Assembly (NCBI GenBank): GCA_964016885.1
Contig: OZ024741.1
Span: 371,752,001-371,816,000 of the forward strand
Length of the DNA: 64,000 nt
Reading direction: 5' to 3'
Source of the DNA: Eledone cirrhosa
Lineage: Eukaryota
A program made the translations under genes and the position numbers. Shown one piece after another: positions 23,601 through 36,600 of the stretch. The notes below the pieces were generated by a model, which was not told the origin of the DNA, did no database searches, and saw only the letters and a list, made by a program, of their open reading frames with translations. The stretch's first letter is position 1, and each line of letters opens with the position of its first letter.

Positions 23601-26600
23601 GTTGTTATGAGTCTGACAACTGTATAGTGGATAACGTTATTAGGGGTCTGACAACTGTATATTGGACTACGTTATTAGGAGTCTAACAACTGTATAGTGA
23701 ACTACGTTATTAGGAGTCTAACAACTGTATAGTGGAGAAGGTTATTAGGAGTCTGACAACTGTATAGTGGTTAACGTTATTAGGTGTCTAACAACTGTAT
23801 AGTGGTCAACGTTATTAGGAGTCTGACAACTGTATAGTGGACAACGTTATTAGGAGTCTGACAACTGTATAGTGGACAACGTTATTAGGAGTCTAACAAC
23901 TGTATAGTGGACAACATTGTTAGGAGTCTAACAACTGAATAGTGGACAACTTTATTAGGAGTCTAACAACTGTGTAGTGGACAACGTTATTAGGAGTCTA
24001 ACAACTGTATAGTGGACAACGTTATTAGGAGCCTAACAACTGTATAGTGGAGATCGTTGTTAGGAGTCTAACAACTGTATAGTGGACAACGTTATTAGGT
24101 GTCTAACAACTGTATAGTGGTTAACGTTATTAGGTGTCTAACAACTGTATAGTGGTCAACGTTATTAGGAGTCTGACAACTGTATAGTGGACAACGTTAT
24201 TAGGAGTCTGACAACTGTATAGTGGACAACGTTATTAGGAGTCTGACAACTGTATAGTGGACAACGTTATTAGGAGTCTGACAACTGTATAGTGGACAAC
24301 GTTATTAGGAGTCTGACAACTGTATAGTGGATAACGTTGTTAGGAGTGTAACAACTGTATAGTGGGCAACGTTATTAGGAGTCTAACAATGTATAGTGGA
24401 CAACGTTATTAGGAGTCTAACAACTGTAGAGTGGACCACGATGTTAGGTTCTAACAACTGTATAGTGGACAACGTTATTAGGAGTCTGACAACTGTATAT
24501 TGGACTACGTTATTAGGAGTCTAACAACTGTATAGTGAACTACGTTATTAGGTGTCTAACAACTGTATAGTGGAGAAGGTTATTAGGAGTCTGACAACTG
24601 TATAGTGGACAACGTTGTTAGGAGCCTAGCAACTGTATAGTGGAGATCGTTGTTAGGAGTCTAACAACTGTATAGTGGACAACGTTATTAGGAGTCTAAC
24701 AACTGTATAGTGGTTAACGTTATTAGGTGTCTAACAACTTTATAGTGGACAACGTTATTTGGAGTCTGACAACTGTATAGTGGACAACGTTATTAGGAGT
24801 TCTGACAACTGTATAGTGGACAACGTTATTAGGAGTCTAACAACTGTATAGTGGACAACGTTGTTAGGAGCCTAACAACTGTATAGTGGAGATCGTTGTT
24901 AGGAGTCTAACAACTGTATAGTGGACAACGTTATTAGGAGTCTCACAACTGTATAGTGGACAACGTTATTAGGAGTCTAACAACGGATTAGTGAACAACG
25001 TTATTGATAGTCTAACAACTGTATAGTGGACAACGTTATTAGGAGTCTGACATCTGTATAGTGGACAACGTTATTAGGAGTCTGACAACTGTATAGTGGA
25101 CAACGTTATTATGAGTCTGACAATTGTAGAGTAGACAACGTTTTTAGGAGTCTAACAACTGTATAGTGGACAACGTTATTAGGAGTCTAACAACTGAATA
25201 GTGGACAACGTTATTAGGAGTCTCACAACTGTATAGTGGACAACGTTGTTAGGAGTCTGACAACTGTATAGTGGTCAACGTTATTAGGAGTCTAACAACT
25301 GTATAGTGGACAACGTTATTAGGAGTCTAACAACGGATTAGTGAACAACGTTATTGGGAGTCTAACAACTGTATAGTGGACAACATTATTAGGAGTCTCA
25401 CAACTGTATAGTGGACAACGTTATTAGGAGTCTAACAACTGTGTAGTGGACAATGTTATTAGGAGTCTAACAACTGTATAGTGGACAACGTTGTTAGGAG
25501 TCTAACAACTGAATAGTGGACAACGTTAGTAGGAGTCTCACAACTGTATAGTGGACAACGTTATTAGGAGTCTGACAACTGTATAGTGGACAACTTTATT
25601 AGGAGTCTGACAACTGTATAGTGGACAACGTTATTAGGAGCCTAACCACTGTATAGTGGATAACGTTGTTAGGAGTCTAACAACTGTAGAGTGGACCACG
25701 CTGTTAGGTGTCTAACAACTGTATAGTGGACAACGTTGTTAGGTGCCTAACAACTGTGTAGTGGAGATCGTTGTTAGGAGACTAACAACTGTATAGTGGA
25801 CAACGTTGTTAGGAGTCTGACAACTGTATAGTGGACAACGTTATTAGGAGTCTAACAACTGTATAGTGGACAACGTTGTTAGGAGCCTAACAACTGTATA
25901 GTGGAGATCGTTGTCAGGAGTCTAACAACTGTATAGTGGACAACGTTGTTAGGAGTCTGACAACGGTATAGTGGACAACGTTATTAGGTGTCAAACAACT
26001 GTATATTGGACAACGTTATTAGGAGTCTAACAACTGTATAGTGGACAACGTTATTAGGTGTCTAACAACTGTATAGTGGACAACGTTATTAGGAGTCTAA
26101 CAACGGACTAGTGGACAACGTTATTAGGAGTCTAACAACTGTATAGGGAACAACGTTGTTAGGAGTGTAACAACTGTATAGTGGGCAACGTTATTAGGAG
26201 TCTAACAACTGTATAGTGGACAACGTTATTAGGAGTCTAACAACTGTATAGTGGACAATATTATTAGGAGTCTAACAACTGTATAGTGGACAACGTTATT
26301 AGGAGTCTGACAACTGTATAGTGGACAACGTTGTTAGGAGTCTAACAACTGAATAGTGGACAACGTTATTAGGAGTCTAACAACTGAATAGTGGACAACG
26401 TTATTAGGAGTCTAACAACTGTATAGTGGACAACGTTATTAGGAGTTTAACAACTGTATAGTGGACAACGTTATTAGGAGTCTGTCAACCGTATAGTGGA
26501 TAGCGTTATTAGGAGTCTGACAACTGTATAGTGGACAACGTTATTAGGAGTCTAACAACTGTATAGTGGACAACGTTATTAGGAGTCTGACAACTGTATA

Positions 26601-29600
26601 GTGGACAACGTTATTAGGAGTCTAACAACTTTGTAGTGGACAACGTTATTAGGAGTCTAACAACTGTATAGTGGACAACGTTGTTAGGAGTCGAACAACT
26701 GAATAGTGGACAACGTTATTAGGAGTCTCACAACTGTATAGTGGACAACGTTGTTAGGAGTCTGACAACTGTATAGTGGTCAACGTTATTAGGAGTCTAA
26801 CAACTGTATAGTGGACAACGTTATTAGGAGTCTAACAACGGATTAGTGAACAACTTTATTGGGAGTCTAACAACTGTATAGTGGACAACGTTATTTGGAG
26901 TCTAACAACTGTATAGTGGACAACGTTGTTAGGAGTCTGACAACTGTATAGTGGACAACGTTATTAGGAGTCTGACAACTGTAGAGTAGACAACGTTGTT
27001 AGGAGTCTAACAACTGTATAGTGGTCAACGTTGTTAGGAGTCTGACAACTGTATAGTGGACTACGTTGTTAGGAGTCTAACAACTGTATAGTGGACAACG
27101 TTATTAGGAGTCTGACAACGGTATAGTTGACAACGTTATTAGGTGTCTAACAACTGTATAGTGGACAACGTTATTAGGAGTCTAACAACTGTATAGTGGA
27201 CAACGTTATTAGGAGTCTAACAACTATGTAGTGGACAACGTTATTAGGAGTTTGACAACTGTATAGTGGACAAGATTATTAGGAGTCTGACAACTGTATA
27301 GTGGACAACGTTGTTAGGAGTCAGACAACTGTATAGTGGACAACGTTGTTAGGAGTCTGACAACTGTATAGTGGACAACGTTATTAGGAGTCTGACAACT
27401 GTAGAGTAGACAACGTTGTTAGGAGTCTAACAACTGTATAGTGGTCAACGTTGTTAGGAGTCTGACAACTGTATAGTGGACAACGTTGTTAGGAGTCTAA
27501 CAACTGTATAGTGGACAACGTTATTAGGAATCTGACAACGGTATAGTGGACAACGTTATTAGGTGTCTAACAACTGTATAGTGGACAACGTTATTAGGAG
27601 TCTAACAACTGTATAGTGGACAACGTTATTAGGAGTCTAACAACTATGTAGTGGACAACGTTATTAGGAGTTTGACAACTGTATAGTGGACAAGATTATT
27701 AGGAGTCTGACAACTGTATAGTGGACAACGTTATTAGGAGTCTGACAACTGTATAGTGGACAACGTTATTAGGAGTCTAACAACTGTGTAGTGGACAACG
27801 TTATTGGAGTCTAACAACTGTGTAGTGGACAACGTTATTAGGAGTCTAACAACTGTGTAGTGGACAACATTATTAGGAGTCTGACAACTGTATAGTGCTC
27901 AACGTTATTAGGAGGCTAACAACTGTATAGTGGACAACGTTATTAGGAGTCTGACAACTGTATAGTGGACAACGTTATTAGGAGTCTGACAACTGTATAG
28001 TGGACAACGTTATTAGGAGTCTAACAACTGTGTAGTGGACAACGTTATTAGGAGTCTAACAACTGTATAGTGGACAACGTTGTTATGAGTCTGACAACTG
28101 TATAGTGGATAACGTTATTAGGGGTCTGACAACTGTATATTGGACTACGTTATTAGGAGTCTAACAACTGTATAGTGAACTACGTTATTAGGAGTCTAAC
28201 AACTGTATAGTGGAGAAGGTTATTAGGAGTCTGACAACTGTATAGTGGTTAACGTTATTAGGTGTCTAACAACTGTATAGTGGTCAACGTTATTAGGAGT
28301 CTGACAACTGTATAGTGGACAACGTTATTAGGAGTCTGACAACTGTATAGTGGACAACGTTATTAGGAGTCTAACAACTGTATAGTGGACAACATTGTTA
28401 GGAGTCTAACAACTGAATAGTGGACAACTTTATTAGGAGTCTAACAACTGTGTAGTGGACAACGTTATTAGGAGTCTAACAACTGTATAGTGGACAACGT
28501 TATTAGGTGTCTAACAACTGTATAGTGGTTAACGTTATTAGGTGTCTAACAACTGTATAGTGGTCAACGTTATTAGGAGTCTGACAACTGTATAGTGGAC
28601 AACGTTATTAGGAGTCTGACAACTGTATAGTGGACAACGTTATTAGGAGTCTGACAACTGTATAGTGGACAACGTTATTAGGAGTCTGACAACTGTATAG
28701 TGGACAACGTTATTAGGAGTCTGACAACTGTATAGTGGATAACGTTGTTAGGAGTGTAACAACTGTATAGTGGGCAACGTTATTAGGAGTCTAACAATGT
28801 ATAGTGGACAACGTTATTAGGAGTCTAACAACTGTAGAGTGGACCACGATGTTAGGTTCTAACAACTGTATAGTGGACAACGTTATGAGGAGTCTGACAA
28901 CTGTATATTGGACTACGTTATTAGGAGTCTAACAACTGTATAGTGAACTACGTTATTAGGTGTCTAACAACTGTATAGTGGAGAAGGTTATTAGGAGCCT
29001 GACAACTGTATAGTGGACAACGTTGTTAGGAGCCTAGCAACTGTATAGTGGAGATCGTTGTTAGGAGTCTAACAACTGTATAGTGGACAACGTTATTAGG
29101 AGTCTAACAACTGTATAGTGGTTAACGTTATTAGGTGTCTAACAACTTTATAGTGGACAACGTTATTTGGAGTCTGACAACTGTATAGTGGACAACGTTA
29201 TTAGGAGTTCTGACAACTGTATAGTGGACAACGTTATTAGGAGTCTAACAACTGTATAGTGGACAACGTTGTTAGGAGCCTAACAACTGTATAGTGGAGA
29301 TCGTTGTTAGGAGTCTAACAACTGTATAGTGGACAACGTTATTAGGAGTCTCACAACTGTATAGTGGACAACGTTATTAGGAGTCTAACAACGGATTAGT
29401 GAACAACGTTATTGATAGTCTAACAACTGTATAGTGGACAACGTTATTAGGAGTCTGACATCTGTATAGTGGACAACGTTATTAGGAGTCTGACAACTGT
29501 ATAGTGGACAACGTTATTATGAGTCTGACAATTGTAGAGTAGACAACGTTTTTAGGAGTCTAACAACTGTATAGTGGACAACGTTATTAGGAGTCTAACA

Positions 29601-32600
29601 ACTGAATAGTGGACAACGTTATTAGGAGTCTCACAACTTTATAGTGGACAACGTTGTTAGGAGTCTGACAACTGTATAGTGGTCAACGTTATTAGGAGTC
29701 TAACAACTGTATAGTGGACAACGTTATTAGGAGTCTAACAACGGATTAGTGAACAACGTTATTGGGAGTCTAACAACTGTATAGTGGACAACGTTATTTG
29801 GAGTCTAACAACTGTATAGTGGACAACGTTATTAGGAGTCTGACAACTGTAGAGTAGACAACGTTTATTGGAGTCTAACAACTGTATAGTGGACAACATT
29901 ATTAGGAGTCTCACAACTGTATAGTGGACAACGTTATTAGGAGTCTAACAACTGTGTAGTGGACAATGTTATTAGGAGTCTAACAACTGTATAGTGGACA
30001 ACGTTGTTAGGAGTCTAACAACTGAATAGTGGACAACGTTAGTAGGAGTCTCACAACTGTATAGTGGTCAACGTTTTTAGGAGTCTCACAACTGTATAGT
30101 GGACAACGTTGTTAGGAGTCTGACAACTGTATAGTGGATAACGTTATTAGGAGTCTGACAACTGTATAGTGGACAACGTTATTAGGAGTCTAACAACTGT
30201 ATAGTGGACAACGTTGTTAGGAGCCTAACAACTGTATAGTGGAGATCGTTGTCAGGAGTCTAACAACTGTATAGTGGACAACGTTGTTAGGAGTCTGACA
30301 ACGGTATAGTGGACAACGTTATTAGGTGTCAAACAACTGTATATTGGACAACGTTATTAGGAGTCTAACAACTGTATAGTGGACAACGTTATTAGGAGTC
30401 TAACAACGGACTAGTGGACAACGTTATTAGGAGTCTAACAACTGTATAGGGAACAACGTTGTTAGGAGTGTAACAACTGTATAGTGGGCAACGTTATTAG
30501 GAGTCTAACAACTGTATAGTGGACAACGTTATTAGGAGTCTAACAACTGTATAGTGGACAATATTATTAGGAGTCTAACAACTGTATAGTGGACAACGTT
30601 ATTAGGAGTCTGACAACTGTATAGTGGACAACGTTGTTAGGAGTCTAACAACTGAATAGTGGACAACGTTATTAGGAGTCTAACAACTGTATAGTGGACA
30701 ACGTTATTAGGAGTCTAACAACTGTATAGTGGACAACGTTATTAGGAGTCTGTCAACCGTATAGTGGATAGCGTTATTAGGAGTCTGACAACTGTATAGT
30801 GGACAACGTTATTAGGAGTCTAACAACTGTGTAGTGGACAACGTTATTAGGAGTCTAACAATGTATAGTAGACAACGTTATTATGAGTCTAACAACTGTA
30901 TAGTGGACAACGTTATTAGGTGTCTAACAACTGTATAGTGGTCAACGTTATTATGTGTCTAACAACTGTATAGTGGACAACATTATTAGGAGTCTGACAA
31001 CTGTATAGTGGACAACGTTATTAGGAGTCTGACAACTGTATCGTGGACAACGTTGTTAGGAGTCTAACAACTGAATAGTGGACAACGTTATTAGGTGTCT
31101 AACAACTGTGTAGTGGACAACGTTATTAGGAGTCTGACAACTGTATAGTGGACAACGTTATTAGGAGTCTAACAACTGTATAGTGGACAACGTTATTAGG
31201 AGTCTGACAACTGTATAGTGGACAACGTTATTAGGAGTCTAACAACTTTGTAGTGGACAACGTTATTAGGAGTCTAACAACTGTATAGTGGACAACGTTG
31301 TTAGGAGTCGAACAACTGAATAGTGGACAACGTTATTAGGAGTCTCACAACTGTATAGTGGACAACGTTGTTAGGAGTCTGACAACTGTATAGTGGTCAA
31401 CGTTATTAGGAGTCTAACAACTGTATAGTGGACAACGTTATTAGGAGTCTAACAACGGATTAGTGAACAACTTTATTGGGAGTCTAACAACTTTATAGTG
31501 GACAACGTTATTTGGAGTCTAACAACTGTATAGTGGACAACGTTGTTAGGAGTCTGACAACTGTATAGTGGACAACGTTATTAGGAGTCTGACAACTGTA
31601 GAGTAGACAACGTTGTTAGGAGTCTAACAACTGTATAGTGGTCAACGTTGTTAGGAGTCTGACAACTGTATAGTGGACAACGTTGTTAGGAGTCTAACAA
31701 CTGTATAGTGGACAACGTTATTAGGAATCTGACAACGGTATAGTGGACAACGTTATTAGGTGTCTAACAACTGTATAGTGGACAACGTTATTAGGAGTCT
31801 AACAACTGTATAGTGGACAACGTTATTAGGAGTCTAACAACTATGTAGTGGACAACGTTATTAGGAGTTTGACAACTGTATAGTGGACAAGATTATTAGG
31901 AGTCTGACAACTGTATAGTGGACAACGTTATTAGGAGTCTGACAACTGTATAGTGGACAACGTTATTAGGAGTCTAACAACTGTGTAGTGGACAACGTTA
32001 TTGGAGTCTAACAACTGTGTAGTGGACAACGTTATTAGGAGTCTAACAACTGTGTAGTGGACAACATTATTAGGAGTCTGACAACTGTATAGTGCTCAAC
32101 GTTATTAGGAGGCTAACAACTGTATAGTGGACAACGTTATTAGGAGTCTGACAACTGTATAGTGGACAACGTTATTAGGAGTCTGACAACTGTATAGTGG
32201 ACAACGTTATTAGGAGTCTAACAACTGTGTAGTGGACAACGTTATTAGGAGTCTAACAACTGTATAGTGGACAACGTTGTTAGGAGTCTGACAACTGTAT
32301 AGTGCTCAACGTTGTTATGAGTCTGACAACTGTATAGTGGATAACGTTATTAGGGGTCTGACAACTGTATATTGGACTACGTTATTAGGAGTCTAACAAC
32401 TGTATAGTGAACTACGTTATTAGGAGTCTAACAACTGTATAGTGGAGAAGGTTATTAGGAGTCTGACAACTGTATAGTGGTTAACGTTATTAGGTGTCTA
32501 ACAACTGTATAGTGGTCAACGTTATTAGGAGTCTGACAACTGTATAGTGGACAACGTTATTAGGAGTCTGACAACTGTATAGTGGACAACGTTATTAGGA

Positions 32601-34400
32601 GTCTAACAACTGTATAGTGGACAACATTGTTAGGAGTCTAACAACTGAATAGTGGACAACTTTATTAGGAGTCTAACAACTGTGTAGTGGACAACGTTAT
32701 TAGGAGTCTAACAACTGTATAGTGGACAACGTTATTAGGAGCCTAACAACTGTATCGTGGAGATCGTTGTTAGGAGTCTAACAACTGTATAGTGGACAAC
32801 GTTATTAGGTGTCTAACAACTGTATAGTGGTTAACGTTATTAGGTGTCTAACAACTGTATAGTGGTCAACGTTATTAGGAGTCTGACAACTGTATAGTGG
32901 ACAACGTTATTAGGAGTCTGACAACTGTATAGTGGACAACGTTATTAGGAGTCTGACAACTGTATAGTGGACAACGTTATTAGGAGTCTGACAACTGTAT
33001 AGTGGACAACGTTATTAGGAGTCTGACAACTGTATAGTGGATAACGTTGTTAGGAGTGTAACAACTGTATAGTGGGCAACGTTATTAGGAGTCTAACAAT
33101 GTATAGTGGACAACGTTATTAGGAGTCTAACAACTGTAGAGTGGACCACGATGTTAGGTTCTAACAACTGTATAGTGGACAACGTTATTAGGAGTCTGAC
33201 AACTGTATATTGGACTACGTTATTAGGAGTCTAACAACTGTATAGTGAACTACGTTATTAGGTGTCTAACAACTGTATAGTGGAGAAGGTTATTAGGAGT
33301 CTGACAACTGTATAGTGGACAACGTTGTTAGGAGCCTAGCAACTGTATAGTGGAGATCGTTGTTAGGAGTCTAACAACTGTATAGTGGACAACGTTATTA
33401 GGAGTCTAACAACTGTATAGTGGTTAACGTTATTAGGTGTCTAACAACTTTATAGTGGACAACGTTATTTGGAGTCTGACAACTGTATAGTGGACAACGT
33501 TATTAGGAGTTCTGACAACTGTATAGTGGACAACGTTATTAGGAGTCTAACAACTGTATAGTGGACAACGTTGTTAGGAGCCTAACAACTGTATAGTGGA
33601 GATCGTTGTTAGGAGTCTAACAACTGTATAGTGGACAACGTTATTAGGAGTCTCACAACTGTATAGTGGACAACGTTATTAGGAGTCTAACAACGGATTA
33701 GTGAACAACGTTATTGATAGTCTAACAACTGTATAGTGGACAACGTTATTAGGAGTCTGACATCTGTATAGTGGACAACGTTATTAGGAGTCTGACAACT
33801 GTATAGTGGACAACGTTATTATGAGTCTGACAATTGTAGAGTAGACAACGTTTTTAGGAGTCTAACAACTGTATAGTGGACAACGTTATTAGGAGTCTAA
33901 CAACTGAATAGTGGACAACGTTATTAGGAGTCTCACAACTGTATAGTGGACAACGTTGTTAGGAGTCTGACAACTGTATAGTGGTCAACGTTATTAGGAG
34001 TCTAACAACTGTATAGTGGACAACGTTATTAGGAGTCTAACAACGGATTAGTGAACAACGTTATTGGGAGTCTAACAACTGTATAGTGGACAACGTTATT
34101 TGGAGTCTAACAACTGTATAGTGGACAACGTTATTAGGAGTCTGACAACTGTAGAGTAGACAACGTTTATTGGAGTCTAACAACTGTATAGTGGACAACA
34201 TTATTAGGAGTCTCACAACTGTATAGTGGACAACGTTATTAGGAGTCTAACAACTGTGTAGTGGACAATGTTATTAGGAGTCTAACAACTGTATAGTGGA
34301 CAACGTTGTTAGGAGTCTAACAACTGAATAGTGGACAACGTTAGTAGGAGTCTCACAACTGTATAGTGGTCAACGTTTTTAGGAGTCTAACAACTGTATA
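20700..34400. repeat. HOR zone 3: three tandem copies of a ~4.3-4.9 kb unit
   Basis: ACCACGATGTTAGGTTCT at 24,435, 28,843 and 33,145; the GAGTTCTGAC insertion at 24,800, 29,208 and 33,510; TTATTGATAG at 25,001, 29,409 and 33,711. All give spacings of 4,408 and 4,302. ATAGGGAAC occurs at 21,351, 26,143 and 30,446. Confidence 0.88.
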
Positions 34401-36600
34401 GTGGACAACGTTATTAAGAGTCTAACAACGGATTAGTGAACAACGTTATTGGGAGTCTAACAACTGTATAGTGGACAACGTTATTAGGAGTCTGACAACT
34501 GTAGAGTAGACAGCGTTGTTAGGAGTCTAACAACTGTATAGTGGACAACGTTGTTAGGAGTCTGACAACTGTATAGTGGACAACGTTGTTAGGAGTCTAA
34601 CAACTGTATAGTGGACAACGTTATTAGGAGTCTAACAACTGTATAGTGGACAAAGTTATTAGGAGTCTGAAAACTGTATAGTGGACAACGTTATTAGGAG
34701 TCTGACAACTGTATTATGGAGCACGTTATTAGGAGTCTAACAACTGGAGAGTGAACAACGTTATTAGGAGTGTAACACCTGTATAGTGGACAACGTTATT
34801 AGGAGTCTGACAACGGTATAGTGGACAACGTTATTAGGTGTCTAACAACTGTATAGTGGACAACGTTATTACGAGTCTAACAACGGTATAGTGGACAACG
34901 TTATTAGGTGTCTAACAACTGTATAGTGGACAACGTTATTAGGAGTCTAACAACGGTATAGTGGACAACGTTATTAGGTGTCTAACAACTGTATAGTGGA
35001 CAACGTTATTAGGAGTCTAACAACGGTATAGTGGACAACGTTGTTAGGTGTCTAACAACTGTATAGTGGACAAAGTTATTAGGAGTCTAACAACGGACTA
35101 GTGGACAACGTTATTAAGAGTCTAACAACTGTATGGTGAACAACGTTGAGAGGAGTGTAACAACTGTATAGTTGGCAACGTTATTAGGAGTCTAACAACT
35201 GTATAGTGGACAACGTTATTAGGAGTCTAACAACTGTATAGTGGACAACGTTATTAGGAGTCTAACAACTGTATAGTGGACAACGTTATTAGCAGTCTGA
35301 CAACTGTGTAGTGGACAACGTTATTAGGAGTCTGACAACTGTATAGTGGACAACGTTATTTGGAGTCTAACAACTGTATAGTGGACAACGTTATTAGGAG
35401 TCTGACAACTGTAGAGTAGACAACGTTTATTGGAGTCTAACAACTGTATAGTGGACAACATTATTAGGAGTCTCACAACTGTATAGTGGACAACGTTATT
35501 AGGAGTCTAACAACTGTGTAGTGGACAATGTTATTAGGAGTCTAACAACTGTATAGTGGACAACGTTGTTAGGAGTCTAACAACTGAATAGTGGACAACG
35601 TTAGTAGGAGTCTCACAACTGTATAGTGGACAACGTTGTTAGGAGTCTGACAACTGTATAGTGGTCAACGTTTTTAGGAGTCTAACAACTGTATAGTGGA
35701 CAACGTTATTAAGAGTCTAACAACGGATTAGTGAACAACGTTATTGGGAGTCTAACAACTGTATAGTGGACAACGTTATTAGGAGTCTGACAACTGTATA
35801 GTGGACAACGTTATTAGGAGTCTGACAATTGTAGAGTAGACAACGTTGTTAGGAGTCTAACAACTGTATAGTGGACAACGTTATTAGGAGTCTAACAACT
35901 GTATAGTGGACAAAGTTATTAGGAGTCTGAAAACTGTATAGTGGACAACGTTATTAGGAGTCTGACAACTGTATTATGGAGCACGTTATTAGGAGTCTAA
36001 CAACTGGAGAGTGAACAACGTTATTAGGAGTGTAACACCTGTATAGTGGACAACGTTATTAGGAGTCTGACAACGGTATAGTGGACAACGTTATTAGGTG
36101 TCTAACAACTGTATAGTGGACAACGTTATTACGAGTCTAACAACGGTATAGTGGACAACGTTATTAGGTGTCTAACAACTGTATAGTGGACAACGTTATT
36201 AGGAGTCTAACAACGGTATAGTGGACAACGTTATTAGGTGTCTAACAACTGTATAGTGGACAACGTTATTAGGAGTCTAACAACGGTATAGTGGACAACG
36301 TTGTTAGGTGTCTAACAACTGTATAGTGGACAAAGTTATTAGGAGTCTAACAACGGACTAGTGGACAACGTTATTAAGAGTCTAACAACTGTATGGTGAA
36401 CAACGTTGAGAGGAGTGTAACAACTGTATAGTTGGCAACGTTATTAGGAGTCTAACAACTGTATAGTGGACAACGTTATTAGGAGTCTAACAACTGTATA
36501 GTGGACAACGTTATTAGGAGTCTAACAACTGTATAGTGGACAACGTTATTAGCAGTCTGACAACTGTGTAGTGGACAACGTTATTAGGAGTCTGACAACT
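34081..36600. repeat. Direct tandem duplication of 1,260 bp (36 monomers)
   Basis: GTATTATGGAGCACG at 34,711 and 35,971; CAACGTTGAGAGGAGTG at 35,141 and 36,401. Many 60-bp lines are identical at offset 1,260. Confidence 0.92.
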
